Virus record (IMG/VR): IMGVR_UViG_3300020460_000012
Length of the DNA: 64,000 nucleotides
Source of the DNA: a virus
Lineage: Duplodnaviria; Caudoviricetes
Direction: 5' to 3' (one strand)
In this document: one piece after another, positions 19,701-28,195 of the stretch
Layout: each line of letters opens with the position of its first letter
Numbering within the stretch: position 1 is the stretch's first letter
Notes under the pieces: generated by a model
The model's input: the letters and a program-made list of their open reading frames with translations, nothing else
The model's database searches: none
Told to the model about the DNA's origin: nothing
Position numbers and translations under genes: made by a program

Positions 19701-20003
19701 TAGTAAAGAGTATGCTGTTTGTAGTCCATACTCGTTTAACTCTCCGCCATGTATCATATTGCCGTTTGAGTCTGAATAAAATTTTGGATCGCCGAATGTT
19801 TCACCAAGCTCTCTTTGGCTGGTGATCAAATAAGGCTTACCAGCGTTTGCTTTTAGTGTTCCCGCTGCCGTTCCTGCGCCTGAACTGCTTGTCTTGTTAG
19901 AAGCAGTAGCGACAAAAATCATTGGTACCGTACCAGCCGCCGCTGGGGTGTAGAATGATTCGTCAATTACTTTGACTTCTACGCCTGGTGAAGTTAATGC
20001 CAT
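16728..20003 (-). CDS. gp18: Tail sheath protein with a large internal insertion
   Basis: N-terminal LTSPGVEVKVIDES; C-terminal WFAPAGTRRG, NKINPI, SALDRINVARL, PVKAIEFIYI. Confidence 0.92.
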   Translation of the reverse strand: MALTSPGVEVKVIDESFYTPAAAGTVPMIFVATASNKTSSSGAGTAAGTLKANAGKPYLITSQRELGETFGDPKFYSDSNGNMIHGGELNEYGLQTAYSLLGVTNRAYVVRADLDLGKLQASATAPGGEPADGAHWFDTLNSLFGILEWNAAAITTTGGQSFSSQTPKVITKLTDLVGNIASGIPKASVGAIGDYAVVATTTTNKFYFKSKGNSGAGVAAGAWVEVGSTNWSASHPVVTGTASNPTLSNGNTVVINATTVTLAGTTVTALASDINTASIAGITAAAVDGALEIYSTGADVVIANGTGTILTDTGVSAATYEAPKLTIAPHTSVPQYKSGDSEPAPTGSLWIKTTTPNGGANYKVKKYATSTQLWSTITAPIYDTNHAALFALDKSGGGAGIALGDLYVNTNVEEVSPIIANSKIFQRAATGATKITSSAVTTQLSSQAYAFNMQESKANQQALDAMKTISVTATGASSDADVIAGAINAAGFQNITAIVDSSNKIQISHKLGGEIRIKDTDGGLALIGFAVYNFANGTGTANLYTAPTGDTASDWVASNWKELTYTASSTAPTSLTENGTLWYSSVVDEVDLMIHNGTTWVGYHNYSGAYANCDPAGPIVAAKEPTTQSDLTALVDGDIWISTASVEDYPGIYRWNGTTSKWVLLDKADQTTENGVLFADARFGATGGTTSNAPSSTIAELLTSDFLDPDAPDPALYPQGMILWNLRRSGFNVKKFVRNAIDVTALNTRQGDASMAAYYPHRWVTDSGNAEDGSGTFGRHAQRKSVVQALQAMVNSNTDIRDEESRQFNLLACPGYPELIGEMITLNTDRRLTAFVVGDTPFRLTPDATSLNEWATNVRTALEDNDNGAVSFDEYLGMYYPAGFTSDNAGNNIVVPASHMALRTIVLNDQVAFPWFAPAGTRRGGVSNATSSGFITSEGEFKAVALNTGQRDTLYSNKINPITFMSGAGLVVFGQKTRAKNASALDRINVARLVVYLRGQLELLAKPYLFEPNDKITRDQIKAAADQLMLELVSLRALYDFVTVCDESNNTPARIDKNELYLDVAIEPVKAIEFIYIPLRLKNTGEIAALG

Positions 20004-20038
20004 TTTAGTTCTCCTGTTGGATATCGTTTTACTAACTG

Positions 20039-20046
20039 TATTTATG
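20039..20046 (-). promoter_or_regulatory. Late promoter for the sheath gene
   Basis: CATAAATA upstream of AGGAG. Confidence 0.7.
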
Positions 20047-20113
20047 TCTATAGATTAATTTCACCCTATATATTAGCATAAAAAAGGGACCAAAAAGGTG
20101 AGCTAAATACAGT

Positions 20114-20449
20114 ATGCGTCCTTTATGCAAATGTAAGCAACGGCCTGCGGCCATAAACTATTATAAAGATGGTAAACCCTACTATAGAAAGCTGTGCGAA
20201 AAATGTTTACGCAATGGTCTTAATCATGGAGTGCCTAAGTGGCAACAATATGGTTATGAAAAAAAAGAAGTTTGTGAAAAATGTAACTATAAAAGCAAAC
20301 ACTCAGAAGTATTTAATGTTTTCCACATAGACGGGGATTTAAATAATTGTAGACCTACAAATTTAAAAACAATTTGTGCTAACTGCCAGCGTATTGTACA
20401 GAAGCAAGGGGTTCGCTGGAAACAAGGTGACCTTCGACCTGACTTTTAA
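20114..20449 (+). CDS. Zn-ribbon/HNH-like protein
   Basis: CxC, CxxC, CxxC and HIDGDLNNC...NLKTICANC. Confidence 0.65.
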   Translation: MRPLCKCKQRPAAINYYKDGKPYYRKLCEKCLRNGLNHGVPKWQQYGYEKKEVCEKCNYKSKHSEVFNVFHIDGDLNNCRPTNLKTICANCQRIVQKQGVRWKQGDLRPDF

Positions 20450-21029
20450 GATCTTGTATAGTCCCATCATTATACAAAATTGCATCAAAATGGTTATTAG
20501 TATCAATCCATTTATATTCACTAGCATGTATATCATATGCAGACATTAAATCACTTCCTGTTTGGTTATCTAATATTGCTTGACCAAACCATTCAGGATC
20601 TGTACCACGTTTTACTTGCCAAATTTCTCCGCCAAGATCTCTAATAACATTTTGTTCATTTCGAAATCTCACATCAGGAATAACAAATTCTTTAGTAGGA
20701 TTGTTAATTATTTTTTGTTTTACCATGCTTACCCATATACCATCGTAAAAGCCATTACGCATACAATCAGTGCCAAACTCTTGTAAAACTAACCTAGGTG
20801 TAATTTCACGGCCTGTTTCCTGTGTCCAAAACTGGTCAACTTGTTCTCTCCATTGCCTAGATATATGACTATCACCTTCTAGCATATCCCTATCCCAACT
20901 GAATAGTTCAGCTACTGCATCTTTTAGTTTATCTGCAAATGATATTTTTTCAAAACCGTACTCGTCTACAAGATAGTCACTTACTGTACCTTTACCGGAA
21001 CCAATAAGTCCACAGATACCAATAATCAT
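20379..21029 (-). CDS. Deoxynucleoside monophosphate kinase
   Basis: GICGLIGSGKGT P-loop, SFADKLKD, TPRLVLQEFGT, DVRFRNE. Confidence 0.9.
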   Translation of the reverse strand: MIIGICGLIGSGKGTVSDYLVDEYGFEKISFADKLKDAVAELFSWDRDMLEGDSHISRQWREQVDQFWTQETGREITPRLVLQEFGTDCMRNGFYDGIWVSMVKQKIINNPTKEFVIPDVRFRNEQNVIRDLGGEIWQVKRGTDPEWFGQAILDNQTGSDLMSAYDIHASEYKWIDTNNHFDAILYNDGTIQDLKSQVEGHLVSSEPLASVQYAGS

Positions 21030-21056
21030 AAAATGTCTCCTAAGTTTATAGTAGTT

Positions 21057-21085
21057 ATTATATGATAATTTTAGCTTGTTGTCAA
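21057..21085 (-). promoter_or_regulatory. Consensus sigma70 promoter for the dNMP kinase
   Basis: Minus strand TTGACA-N17-TATAAT. Confidence 0.9.
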
Positions 21086-21092
21086 GTGGTTT

Positions 21093-21851
21093 TTAGCCGA
21101 TTAAAAAGCCATAGCCTTGTCCGCCTGCTACTGCGGTGCTTACTTCTTGCTCTAACTTTTCCATTTCAGCTTGTGCTTCTGATTTAAGTGCATCACCGTT
21201 CAAAGTACTTCCGCCCCCAGGACCAGCTATAGTAGCAAATTTACTCCTTGCTTCTCCTAACATGTACTTACATGATGCTAAAGTGTAGTCTTTAATCCAT
21301 TGCTTTGCAAGATAGTCTGATAGTAATTGTGTGTCTGGTCTGTAGTTATATGCATAAAGCAATAGATCTTCTTCTGCACGTGGACGTTGTAGCAACGTAA
21401 GTTTCTTAGTAGTTGTATTCCATTTAAATTCAATAAAACTACCAAACATACGTCCTACTAGCTCTTGATGTTGTGCAAATAAATCATATGTTGCTAATCC
21501 GCCTAACTTAGAGCCTGATAGCAAATATGTATTTGTATAGGCCATGTTAAATGGTTCAAACAACGAGCCTCCGTCTGTACCTCCAGTCCTAGAACCTATT
21601 GACCTTCTAAATAGCTTTCTTATTTCAATTACTTCATCAGGTAGTATATATTCGTTTTGATCTACTACTGTAGTCAAAAACAAGTATGATTCTTCAACAC
21701 TATTATCTGATCTTTGTCTAAATTTACTTAAAGCTTTGCTAAGTGCGGTTTCGTAATGAACAGGGTCTAATTCTACATCAATCATGCCACCACCTAAGGA
21801 CGCATTTACGTAGTCATATACCTCTTGTTTCATTGTTGCTAGCTCAGACAT
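21093..21851 (-). CDS. gp13: Neck protein
   Basis: DYVNASLGGGMIDVELD; WIKDYTLA..KYMLGEARSKF..IAGPGG..TLNG. Confidence 0.8.
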   Translation of the reverse strand: MSELATMKQEVYDYVNASLGGGMIDVELDPVHYETALSKALSKFRQRSDNSVEESYLFLTTVVDQNEYILPDEVIEIRKLFRRSIGSRTGGTDGGSLFEPFNMAYTNTYLLSGSKLGGLATYDLFAQHQELVGRMFGSFIEFKWNTTTKKLTLLQRPRAEEDLLLYAYNYRPDTQLLSDYLAKQWIKDYTLASCKYMLGEARSKFATIAGPGGGSTLNGDALKSEAQAEMEKLEQEVSTAVAGGQGYGFLIG

Positions 21852-21869
21852 TCTCTACTCTCCATATAG

Positions 21870-21890
21870 TATTTATCGTTACGATAAATA
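21870..21890. promoter_or_regulatory. Palindromic pair of divergent late promoters
   Basis: TATTTATCGT-T-ACGATAAATA; GATAAATA on each strand between gp13 and gp14. Confidence 0.75.
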
Positions 21891-21895
21891 TACAT

Positions 21896-23056
21896 ATGCC
21901 AAGACTGTCTTTATATAAACCAGAACGCGGTAACGATTTTCATTTTCTTGACAAGCAAATTCAGGAAATGTTCACTGTTGGCGGTACTGATATCAATGTT
22001 CACAAGTATTTAGGTGCTAGGAACCCATCATCTGCAGAATCAACGTCTGATCAACCAAGATATGATGCTGTAAAAGAAACTAATATACAAGATCTATTAT
22101 TTTTAGAAAATAGAGATAGAAAATATGATCCAGACGTATATACAATGCGAGCAGTATACAATGTACAGGATATAGATTTTGATCTAAGCCAATTTGGTTT
22201 ATTTTTAAGTAATGATACATTGTTTATGACCATACATATTAATAGTTCTGTGAAAACATTAGGCAGAAAAATTATGAGTGGTGATGTAATAGAATTACCA
22301 CACTTAACAGACGAATACGCTTTAAATGATTATGATGTAGCCCTAAAGAGATTTTATGTTGTAGAAGATGTAAACAGAGCCGCAGAAGGCTTTAGTCAAA
22401 CATGGTATCCTCATTTATACAGGCTTAAATTAAAGCAGATATACGATACTCAAGAATACAAAGAAATATTAGATTTACCTGCAAGCGAAAACTCAAGCAA
22501 TACATTAAGAGATGTACTTTCTACGTATGAGAAAGAAATGCAAATTAATAGAGCAGTAGTAGCACAAGCTGAACAAGACGCACCTAAGAGTGGGTTCGAC
22601 ATAAGTCATTTTTACTCTATTGCAACAAATGACGACGGTTCAGTGGCACTACAAACTGCTGACGAAACAGATTTAGATGCTTCTATGATCAATACTACAG
22701 CAGACGAAATAGCTGATAGACCAGACAGAGAAGGATATACAGGTTACTTAGTAGGTACAGGTGATGCCGCTCCAAACGGTGCTCCTTTTGGATTTGGAAT
22801 AGCATTTCCAAAAGATAATAGGAATGGAGACTACTTTCTACGCACTGACTTTTTGCCTAACAGAATGTTTAAGTTTGATGGCAACAGGTGGGTTAAACAA
22901 AATGATGATATTAGAATGACACTAAGTAACACATTAGAAAAACAAACACAGAAGGCAAGCTTTATTAATAATACAGCGTCAAGTACAATTAATGGTGAAG
23001 TTGTACCAGAAAGACAAAGCTTATCTAAAGCACTTCGTCCAAAAAAGGATAACTAA
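21896..23056 (+). CDS. gp14: Neck protein (start revised to ATG 21896)
   Basis: MPRLSLYKP..., LFLENRDRKYD, FDLSQFGLFL; the longer start at 21743 would overlap gp13. Confidence 0.75.
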   Translation: MPRLSLYKPERGNDFHFLDKQIQEMFTVGGTDINVHKYLGARNPSSAESTSDQPRYDAVKETNIQDLLFLENRDRKYDPDVYTMRAVYNVQDIDFDLSQFGLFLSNDTLFMTIHINSSVKTLGRKIMSGDVIELPHLTDEYALNDYDVALKRFYVVEDVNRAAEGFSQTWYPHLYRLKLKQIYDTQEYKEILDLPASENSSNTLRDVLSTYEKEMQINRAVVAQAEQDAPKSGFDISHFYSIATNDDGSVALQTADETDLDASMINTTADEIADRPDREGYTGYLVGTGDAAPNGAPFGFGIAFPKDNRNGDYFLRTDFLPNRMFKFDGNRWVKQNDDIRMTLSNTLEKQTQKASFINNTASSTINGEVVPERQSLSKALRPKKDN

Positions 23057-24480
23057 TGCAACATTTTTATGACGGACAGATTAGACGCTATACAACACAA
23101 ATGATGCGTATTCTAAGTAATTTTCCTGTTATAGACGGAGACGGGCAAACTAAAGAAGTACCTGTAATGTATGGTGACCTTACTAGGCAAGTTGCAAATA
23201 TTATAAGAGAAAATAGTGAAAATAAACTACCTAGTGCTCCGCGAATAAGTGTTTATATAACAGGATTAGAACTAGATAAAGATAGGTTAACAGATTCAAC
23301 TTACACTAGAAAAACTAATATACGTGAACGAGCATATGATGAAACTGCAAAAGAATATGTCAACACAGAAGGCAAAGCATATACAGTGGAAAGACTTATT
23401 CCTACTCCTTACTTAATGAGGTGTAATGCAGACATATGGGCAAGTAACACTGATCAAAAATTACAATTACTTGAACAAATTTTAGTATTGTTTAATCCTA
23501 GTTTAGAAATGCAAACAACAGATAATTTTATTGACTGGACAAGTATTACAGTTGTACATTTAGAAAATGTTCAATGGAGTAGTAGAAGTGTGCCAGTTGG
23601 CGTAGACACAGAGATAGATATTGCTACACTTAGTTTTAGTATTCCTGTGTATATAAGTCCGCCTACTAAAGTACGTAAGATGGGCGTCATTACAAATATT
23701 ATTACAAGTATGTTCGATGAGACAAACGGAACAATCGAAGATGGCATATCTCAACCTCAATTAAATGCATATGACGATACATCATTGCCAGGTAAATCAA
23801 CTGACTCTAGAGGTTCAAGGGTTGGTTCAACAGCTGGTGGACATTCAGCTAATGTTAACTTTGCCCAATGGACAGTATATGTAAGTCAAGGAAATGCACA
23901 GCTAGTTGCTAACGGTATGGTCGGTGTTAAAAACTGGAGAGAAATATTCACTGCACTACCTGGTGTTTATGCCGCAGGAGTAAGCAGAATATTCTTAACA
24001 AATGATGATAATTCTATGACTGCTACAGGTACTTTTGCTATTAATCCTCTTGATGAGGGAATGATTGCTATTGATTTTGATACCGATAGTTTCCCTGCAG
24101 ATACTATTATTACAAGTAGTTCGGGCTCTAGAACATCAGTAGATTATGTTATTGATCCTACAAATTATGATCCTACTCCTATTAAAGTTTCAGGACTTAG
24201 ATTGTTACTATTAGATAATGTAGGTGATGCAGATGCAACTAATGTTCCAAATGCTTGGGCTAATGCAGATGGTACCGGATTTGTTGCAAAGATAAATGAT
24301 ATTATTGAATGGGACGGCTCCAAATGGAATATTATATTTGATGCATCGGCAACTACAACAACCACATATATAACTAACCTACATACACAAACCCAATACA
24401 GATTTAAAAACCAAGAATGGTTATTAAGCATAGACGGAGACTATCCAGTAGGGACCTGGAGGATCGAACTCAGCGGATAA
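23056..24480 (+). CDS. gp15: Tail sheath stabiliser/terminator with C-terminal extension
   Basis: HFYDGQIRRY, VPVMYG, LPSAPRIS, QLLEQILVLFNPS. Confidence 0.8.
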   Translation: MQHFYDGQIRRYTTQMMRILSNFPVIDGDGQTKEVPVMYGDLTRQVANIIRENSENKLPSAPRISVYITGLELDKDRLTDSTYTRKTNIRERAYDETAKEYVNTEGKAYTVERLIPTPYLMRCNADIWASNTDQKLQLLEQILVLFNPSLEMQTTDNFIDWTSITVVHLENVQWSSRSVPVGVDTEIDIATLSFSIPVYISPPTKVRKMGVITNIITSMFDETNGTIEDGISQPQLNAYDDTSLPGKSTDSRGSRVGSTAGGHSANVNFAQWTVYVSQGNAQLVANGMVGVKNWREIFTALPGVYAAGVSRIFLTNDDNSMTATGTFAINPLDEGMIAIDFDTDSFPADTIITSSSGSRTSVDYVIDPTNYDPTPIKVSGLRLLLLDNVGDADATNVPNAWANADGTGFVAKINDIIEWDGSKWNIIFDASATTTTTYITNLHTQTQYRFKNQEWLLSIDGDYPVGTWRIELSG

Positions 24481-24488
24481 TTACTTGT

Positions 24489-24929
24489 ATGAGTGCAAGT
24501 ATTATATGTAGTGGAGCTTTATTCTATACTCTAAACACGAATCGCTTTTTATTTTTACATCGTAGTAATGGTAAAAAATCTGATGTTTGGGGGTTAGTAG
24601 GTGGCACAAATGAAGCAAAAGAAACTCCATGGGAAGGTCTCAAAAGAGAAATAATTGAAGAAATTGGTGAACTTCCTCCTCTAAAGAAAACGTTGCCACT
24701 TGAAAGTTTTTTAAGTAATGATAAAAAATTCTTATTCCACACTTATCTTTGTATTGTAGAAGAAGAATTTATTCCGCAACTTAACAAAGAACATGACGGT
24801 TTTGCTTGGTGTAGTTTTACTAAATGGCCAAAACCCTTACATCATGGACTACGTAACACACTACAAAGTAAAATTAATCTTACAAAACTTGAAACTGTTT
24901 TTCAAACCATTAATTTACTTGACAAATAA
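24489..24929 (+). CDS. NUDIX hydrolase (start revised to ATG 24489)
   Basis: Nudix box GGTNEAKETPWEGLKREIIEEIG. Confidence 0.9.
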   Translation: MSASIICSGALFYTLNTNRFLFLHRSNGKKSDVWGLVGGTNEAKETPWEGLKREIIEEIGELPPLKKTLPLESFLSNDKKFLFHTYLCIVEEEFIPQLNKEHDGFAWCSFTKWPKPLHHGLRNTLQSKINLTKLETVFQTINLLDK

Positions 24930-24947
24930 GGCAAATAATAGTATAAT
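24919..24947 (+). promoter_or_regulatory. Consensus sigma70 promoter for the heptose operon
   Basis: TTGACA (24919-24924), 17 nt, TATAAT (24942-24947). Confidence 0.88.
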
Positions 24948-24953
24948 AGTTAT

Positions 24954-26093
24954 ATGAAAGTTCTAGTTCTTGGAGATATAATTACTGACAAATACATCTA
25001 CGGTACTTCTACACGTATTAGTCCTGAGGCTCCTGTGCCAATAGTGAATCTTACAGATGTTAAAACTTCATTAGGTGGCGCTGGTCTTGTAAGTAGCAAT
25101 TTAAAAAATTTAGGTGTAGATGTAACATTAGTATCTAATGAACAACCAAAAAGTGTAAAAACTAGAATTATAGCTGATGGACACTACATTACAAGACTAG
25201 ATGAAGATCAAAAAGCAGACGGAAAAGCTGTATTAAAAAATATTCTCAAAAGTGATTTTTCTTCATTTGATTATGCTATACTAAGTGATTATAACAAAGG
25301 TGTATTAGATCACTGTAATGAAATTATAGACCATATTAATAGTTATGGCTGTAAAGTTATTGTAGATCCAAAACGTAATTATACACATTACAAAAATGCA
25401 TGGCTTGTAAAACCAAATGCAAAAGAATATAAAGAATTTCAGTTTGATAAGCACGAAGGAAATATTATTGTTACAAATGCATCTGGTGCTATTAGAGCAG
25501 AGTTTGATGGCGAGCAACATTTTATTATACCTGAACAGGTTGAGGTTAGTGATGTTACTGGAGCAGGAGATTGTTTCTTAGCGGCATTTGTATATGGTCT
25601 TACAAAAGGTAAAAACATAAAAGATAGCTTAGAACTTGCATCTAAAGGAGCAACCGAAAGTGTTAAGCACTTAGGAACGTACACGCTTTCATTAGATGAT
25701 ATTGAAGAAACCACTGTGTTTACTAACGGTGTTTTTGATATATTGCACAAAGGACATTTGCATTTACTTCAAGAAGCTAGTAAACTAGGAAGTCGTCTTG
25801 TTGTAGCAATTAATTCAGATGATAGTGTAAAAAGATTAAAGGGTAATGATCGCCCTATTAATGATGTAAAAAAACGCACTGAACAATTAGCAATGTTACC
25901 TTGGGTTGACGAGGTACATGTTTTTGATTATGATACTCCTTATGAACTTATAAAACATATAATGCCAAGTATAATTGTAAAAGGAGGCGATTATACTACA
26001 GATACAGTTGTAGGTAATGACTTAGCAGAAGTGAAAATTATTCCTACGTTAGAAGGTTATTCTACAACAAAAATAATAGAGGATATTAAATGA
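24954..26093 (+). CDS. hldE: Bifunctional heptose 7-phosphate kinase / heptose 1-phosphate nucleotidyltransferase
   Basis: RISPEAPVP, GGAGLV, DYNKG, KPNAKE, DVTGAGD (PfkB); FTNGVFDILHKGH, NSDDSVKRLKG..RP, VKGGDY (NTase). Confidence 0.93.
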   Translation: MKVLVLGDIITDKYIYGTSTRISPEAPVPIVNLTDVKTSLGGAGLVSSNLKNLGVDVTLVSNEQPKSVKTRIIADGHYITRLDEDQKADGKAVLKNILKSDFSSFDYAILSDYNKGVLDHCNEIIDHINSYGCKVIVDPKRNYTHYKNAWLVKPNAKEYKEFQFDKHEGNIIVTNASGAIRAEFDGEQHFIIPEQVEVSDVTGAGDCFLAAFVYGLTKGKNIKDSLELASKGATESVKHLGTYTLSLDDIEETTVFTNGVFDILHKGHLHLLQEASKLGSRLVVAINSDDSVKRLKGNDRPINDVKKRTEQLAMLPWVDEVHVFDYDTPYELIKHIMPSIIVKGGDYTTDTVVGNDLAEVKIIPTLEGYSTTKIIEDIK

Positions 26094-26698
26094 CAAAAAA
26101 GGTAGTAATTGATAATGCTGTGCCAAAAGAAGTGTTTAAAAAAATCCAAGAACATATGTTAAGTTTACAATACAATTGGCATTATGGAGAAGGTGTAGCA
26201 GATAAAGGCGATGTTGGTAACTTTCAATTTGTCCATACAATACATGAAGGTTATTATATGGATCGACCAAATGACTATCAGGTAATATATCCTGTCATGG
26301 ATGTGTTGGGTCCTCAATTACTAATAAGGGTAAAGGCAAACTTACTTACAAAAACAGATACAAACGAAGTACATGGCATGCATAATGACACAGTTATTCC
26401 AGGTGCATTAACTGCGGTATACTATTTAAATACTAATAATGGATACACTATTTTCGAAGATGGAGACAAAGTCGAAAGTGTTGAGAATACATTGGTTATT
26501 TTTCCTGCAAAAATTAGACATAGTGGTGCTAGTTGTACAGACAAACTTAGAAGAGTAGTAATTAATTTTAATTTTATACCTTGGAGAGATGATCCTAAAT
26601 GGCATGCACTAATGGATGACGAAGATATAAGATATCGGAATCATTGGGAAAAGGACATGCAATTACCTTATGATAACAACGGAGTGCCGTGTAAATGA
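26090..26698 (+). CDS. 2OG-Fe(II) oxygenase
   Basis: HND...AVYYLNTNNG...IFPAKIRH...RVVINFN (HxD...H...R). Confidence 0.85.
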   Translation: MTKKVVIDNAVPKEVFKKIQEHMLSLQYNWHYGEGVADKGDVGNFQFVHTIHEGYYMDRPNDYQVIYPVMDVLGPQLLIRVKANLLTKTDTNEVHGMHNDTVIPGALTAVYYLNTNNGYTIFEDGDKVESVENTLVIFPAKIRHSGASCTDKLRRVVINFNFIPWRDDPKWHALMDDEDIRYRNHWEKDMQLPYDNNGVPCK

Positions 26699-27516
26699 GA
26701 ATACTAGTAACTGGATATAAAGGATTTATCGGAAAAAATTTATCTAACTATTTGCTTACCCAAGGACATGATGTGGAGGGTTGGGAGTATATAGATAATA
26801 CTGTGCCAGATCCTAGTTCATATGATTGGGTCATTCATCTTGGTGCTATTACAAGCACTACATATACAGATGTAGATCAAATAATTGAACAAAACTTTGA
26901 AAATAGTATGCGTATGTTGCAGGTTTGTGAAAATTATGGAACTAATTTTCAATATGCTTCTAGTGCTAGTGTTTATGGTCCTACTACACATTTTACAGAA
27001 AATGGACCTTTACTTCCTCAATCTCCGTATGCATGGTCAAAATATTTATTTGACCGATTTGTAATTAAACATATTGAAGAATTTACTGTGCTTGTACAAG
27101 GATTTAGATATTTTAACGTATATGGTCCTGGCGAAAATGATAAAGGAAGCCAAGCATCTCCTTGGACTAAGTTTAGATTACAAGCGTTAGATGAAGGAAA
27201 GATTGATGTATTTGAAGGTAGCAGTGAGTACAAACGTGACTTTGTCTGTGTTGAAGATGTTTGTAAAGTACATCAAAAAATGTTGACTGTCGATGCAAGC
27301 GGCATCTACAATGTTGGAACAGGAAATCCAGAAAGCTTTGAAAACGTAGCTAGAGAAATTGCAAAAAAATACGATGCTACAATTAATTATATTCCAATTC
27401 CAGATAATATTAAGCCTCAGTACCAAAAATATACTTGTGCAAATCTAGACAAATTAAATACTGTGATTGAAATGGATTGGAAAGGTATAAAGGAATATAT
27501 TAATGCTACAGAATAA
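26695..27516 (+). CDS. hldD: ADP-L-glycero-D-manno-heptose 6-epimerase-like SDR
   Basis: VTGYKGFIG, HLGAITSTT, YASSASVYG, PQSPYAWSK, FRYFNVYGP, KRDFVCVED; operon context. Confidence 0.85.
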   Translation: MRILVTGYKGFIGKNLSNYLLTQGHDVEGWEYIDNTVPDPSSYDWVIHLGAITSTTYTDVDQIIEQNFENSMRMLQVCENYGTNFQYASSASVYGPTTHFTENGPLLPQSPYAWSKYLFDRFVIKHIEEFTVLVQGFRYFNVYGPGENDKGSQASPWTKFRLQALDEGKIDVFEGSSEYKRDFVCVEDVCKVHQKMLTVDASGIYNVGTGNPESFENVAREIAKKYDATINYIPIPDNIKPQYQKYTCANLDKLNTVIEMDWKGIKEYINATE

Positions 27517-28195
27517 CGGAGATCATAATATACTTTGTCCGTTTGGACCTATGATTTATGAAAGTAAAATAAGTGAGGAAGATATAAAATTTGTAAAAAG
27601 TTTTGCAGAAATAAATAGAGATTCTGCATCGCAAGGGTCTGCTTTATCAGGAAATATAAAAGAACAACGAGGTAATGAAAAAGCTGATCCAAAAATGCTA
27701 TCTACTATGATGGAAGTACTACGTCCGCATATTATAAATTGGATAATTGCTGATGACCAAAGAAAGTTAATTAATGCAGGTGCTTCTAGCGAAGAAAAAA
27801 TTATGATAGAAACAGTTGACTATGACAGCATGAAATGGCATTTAGGAAATGGTGTATGGTTTAATTTTATGAAGCAACACGAATTTAATCCTTTGCATTG
27901 CCATACAGGTACGTTAAGCGGTATTATAATGGTTGAAGTTCCGGAAGTAATAGCTACTGAACCCGATATATTTCCTATGGATTCTAATGCAAGATGCCCT
28001 GGACAATTAGAATTTGTGCATGGTAGTTATGGCGCAGGCGCACATAGGATTATTCCTAAAACTGGACAAATTTTTGTATTCCCAGCAGAACTAAGGCATC
28101 AGGTTTATCCATTTCAAAGTGATGTAGAAAGAATTACTATGAGCTGGAATGTTTTTGATATTTCGTTTGATAAGAAAAAGGATATGTGGAACTAA
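27503..28195 (+). CDS. Putative 2OG-Fe(II) oxygenase (TIGR02466-like)
   Basis: FNPLHCHTGTLSG, FVFPAELRHQVYP, RITMSWN. Confidence 0.7.
   Translation: MLQNNGDHNILCPFGPMIYESKISEEDIKFVKSFAEINRDSASQGSALSGNIKEQRGNEKADPKMLSTMMEVLRPHIINWIIADDQRKLINAGASSEEKIMIETVDYDSMKWHLGNGVWFNFMKQHEFNPLHCHTGTLSGIIMVEVPEVIATEPDIFPMDSNARCPGQLEFVHGSYGAGAHRIIPKTGQIFVFPAELRHQVYPFQSDVERITMSWNVFDISFDKKKDMWN

Noticed and set aside
21743-21895. N-terminal extension of gp14 in the ORF track (likewise 24417-24488 and 11427-11462)
   Set aside because: Overlaps adjacent genes; downstream ATGs sit next to promoter motifs or upstream stops
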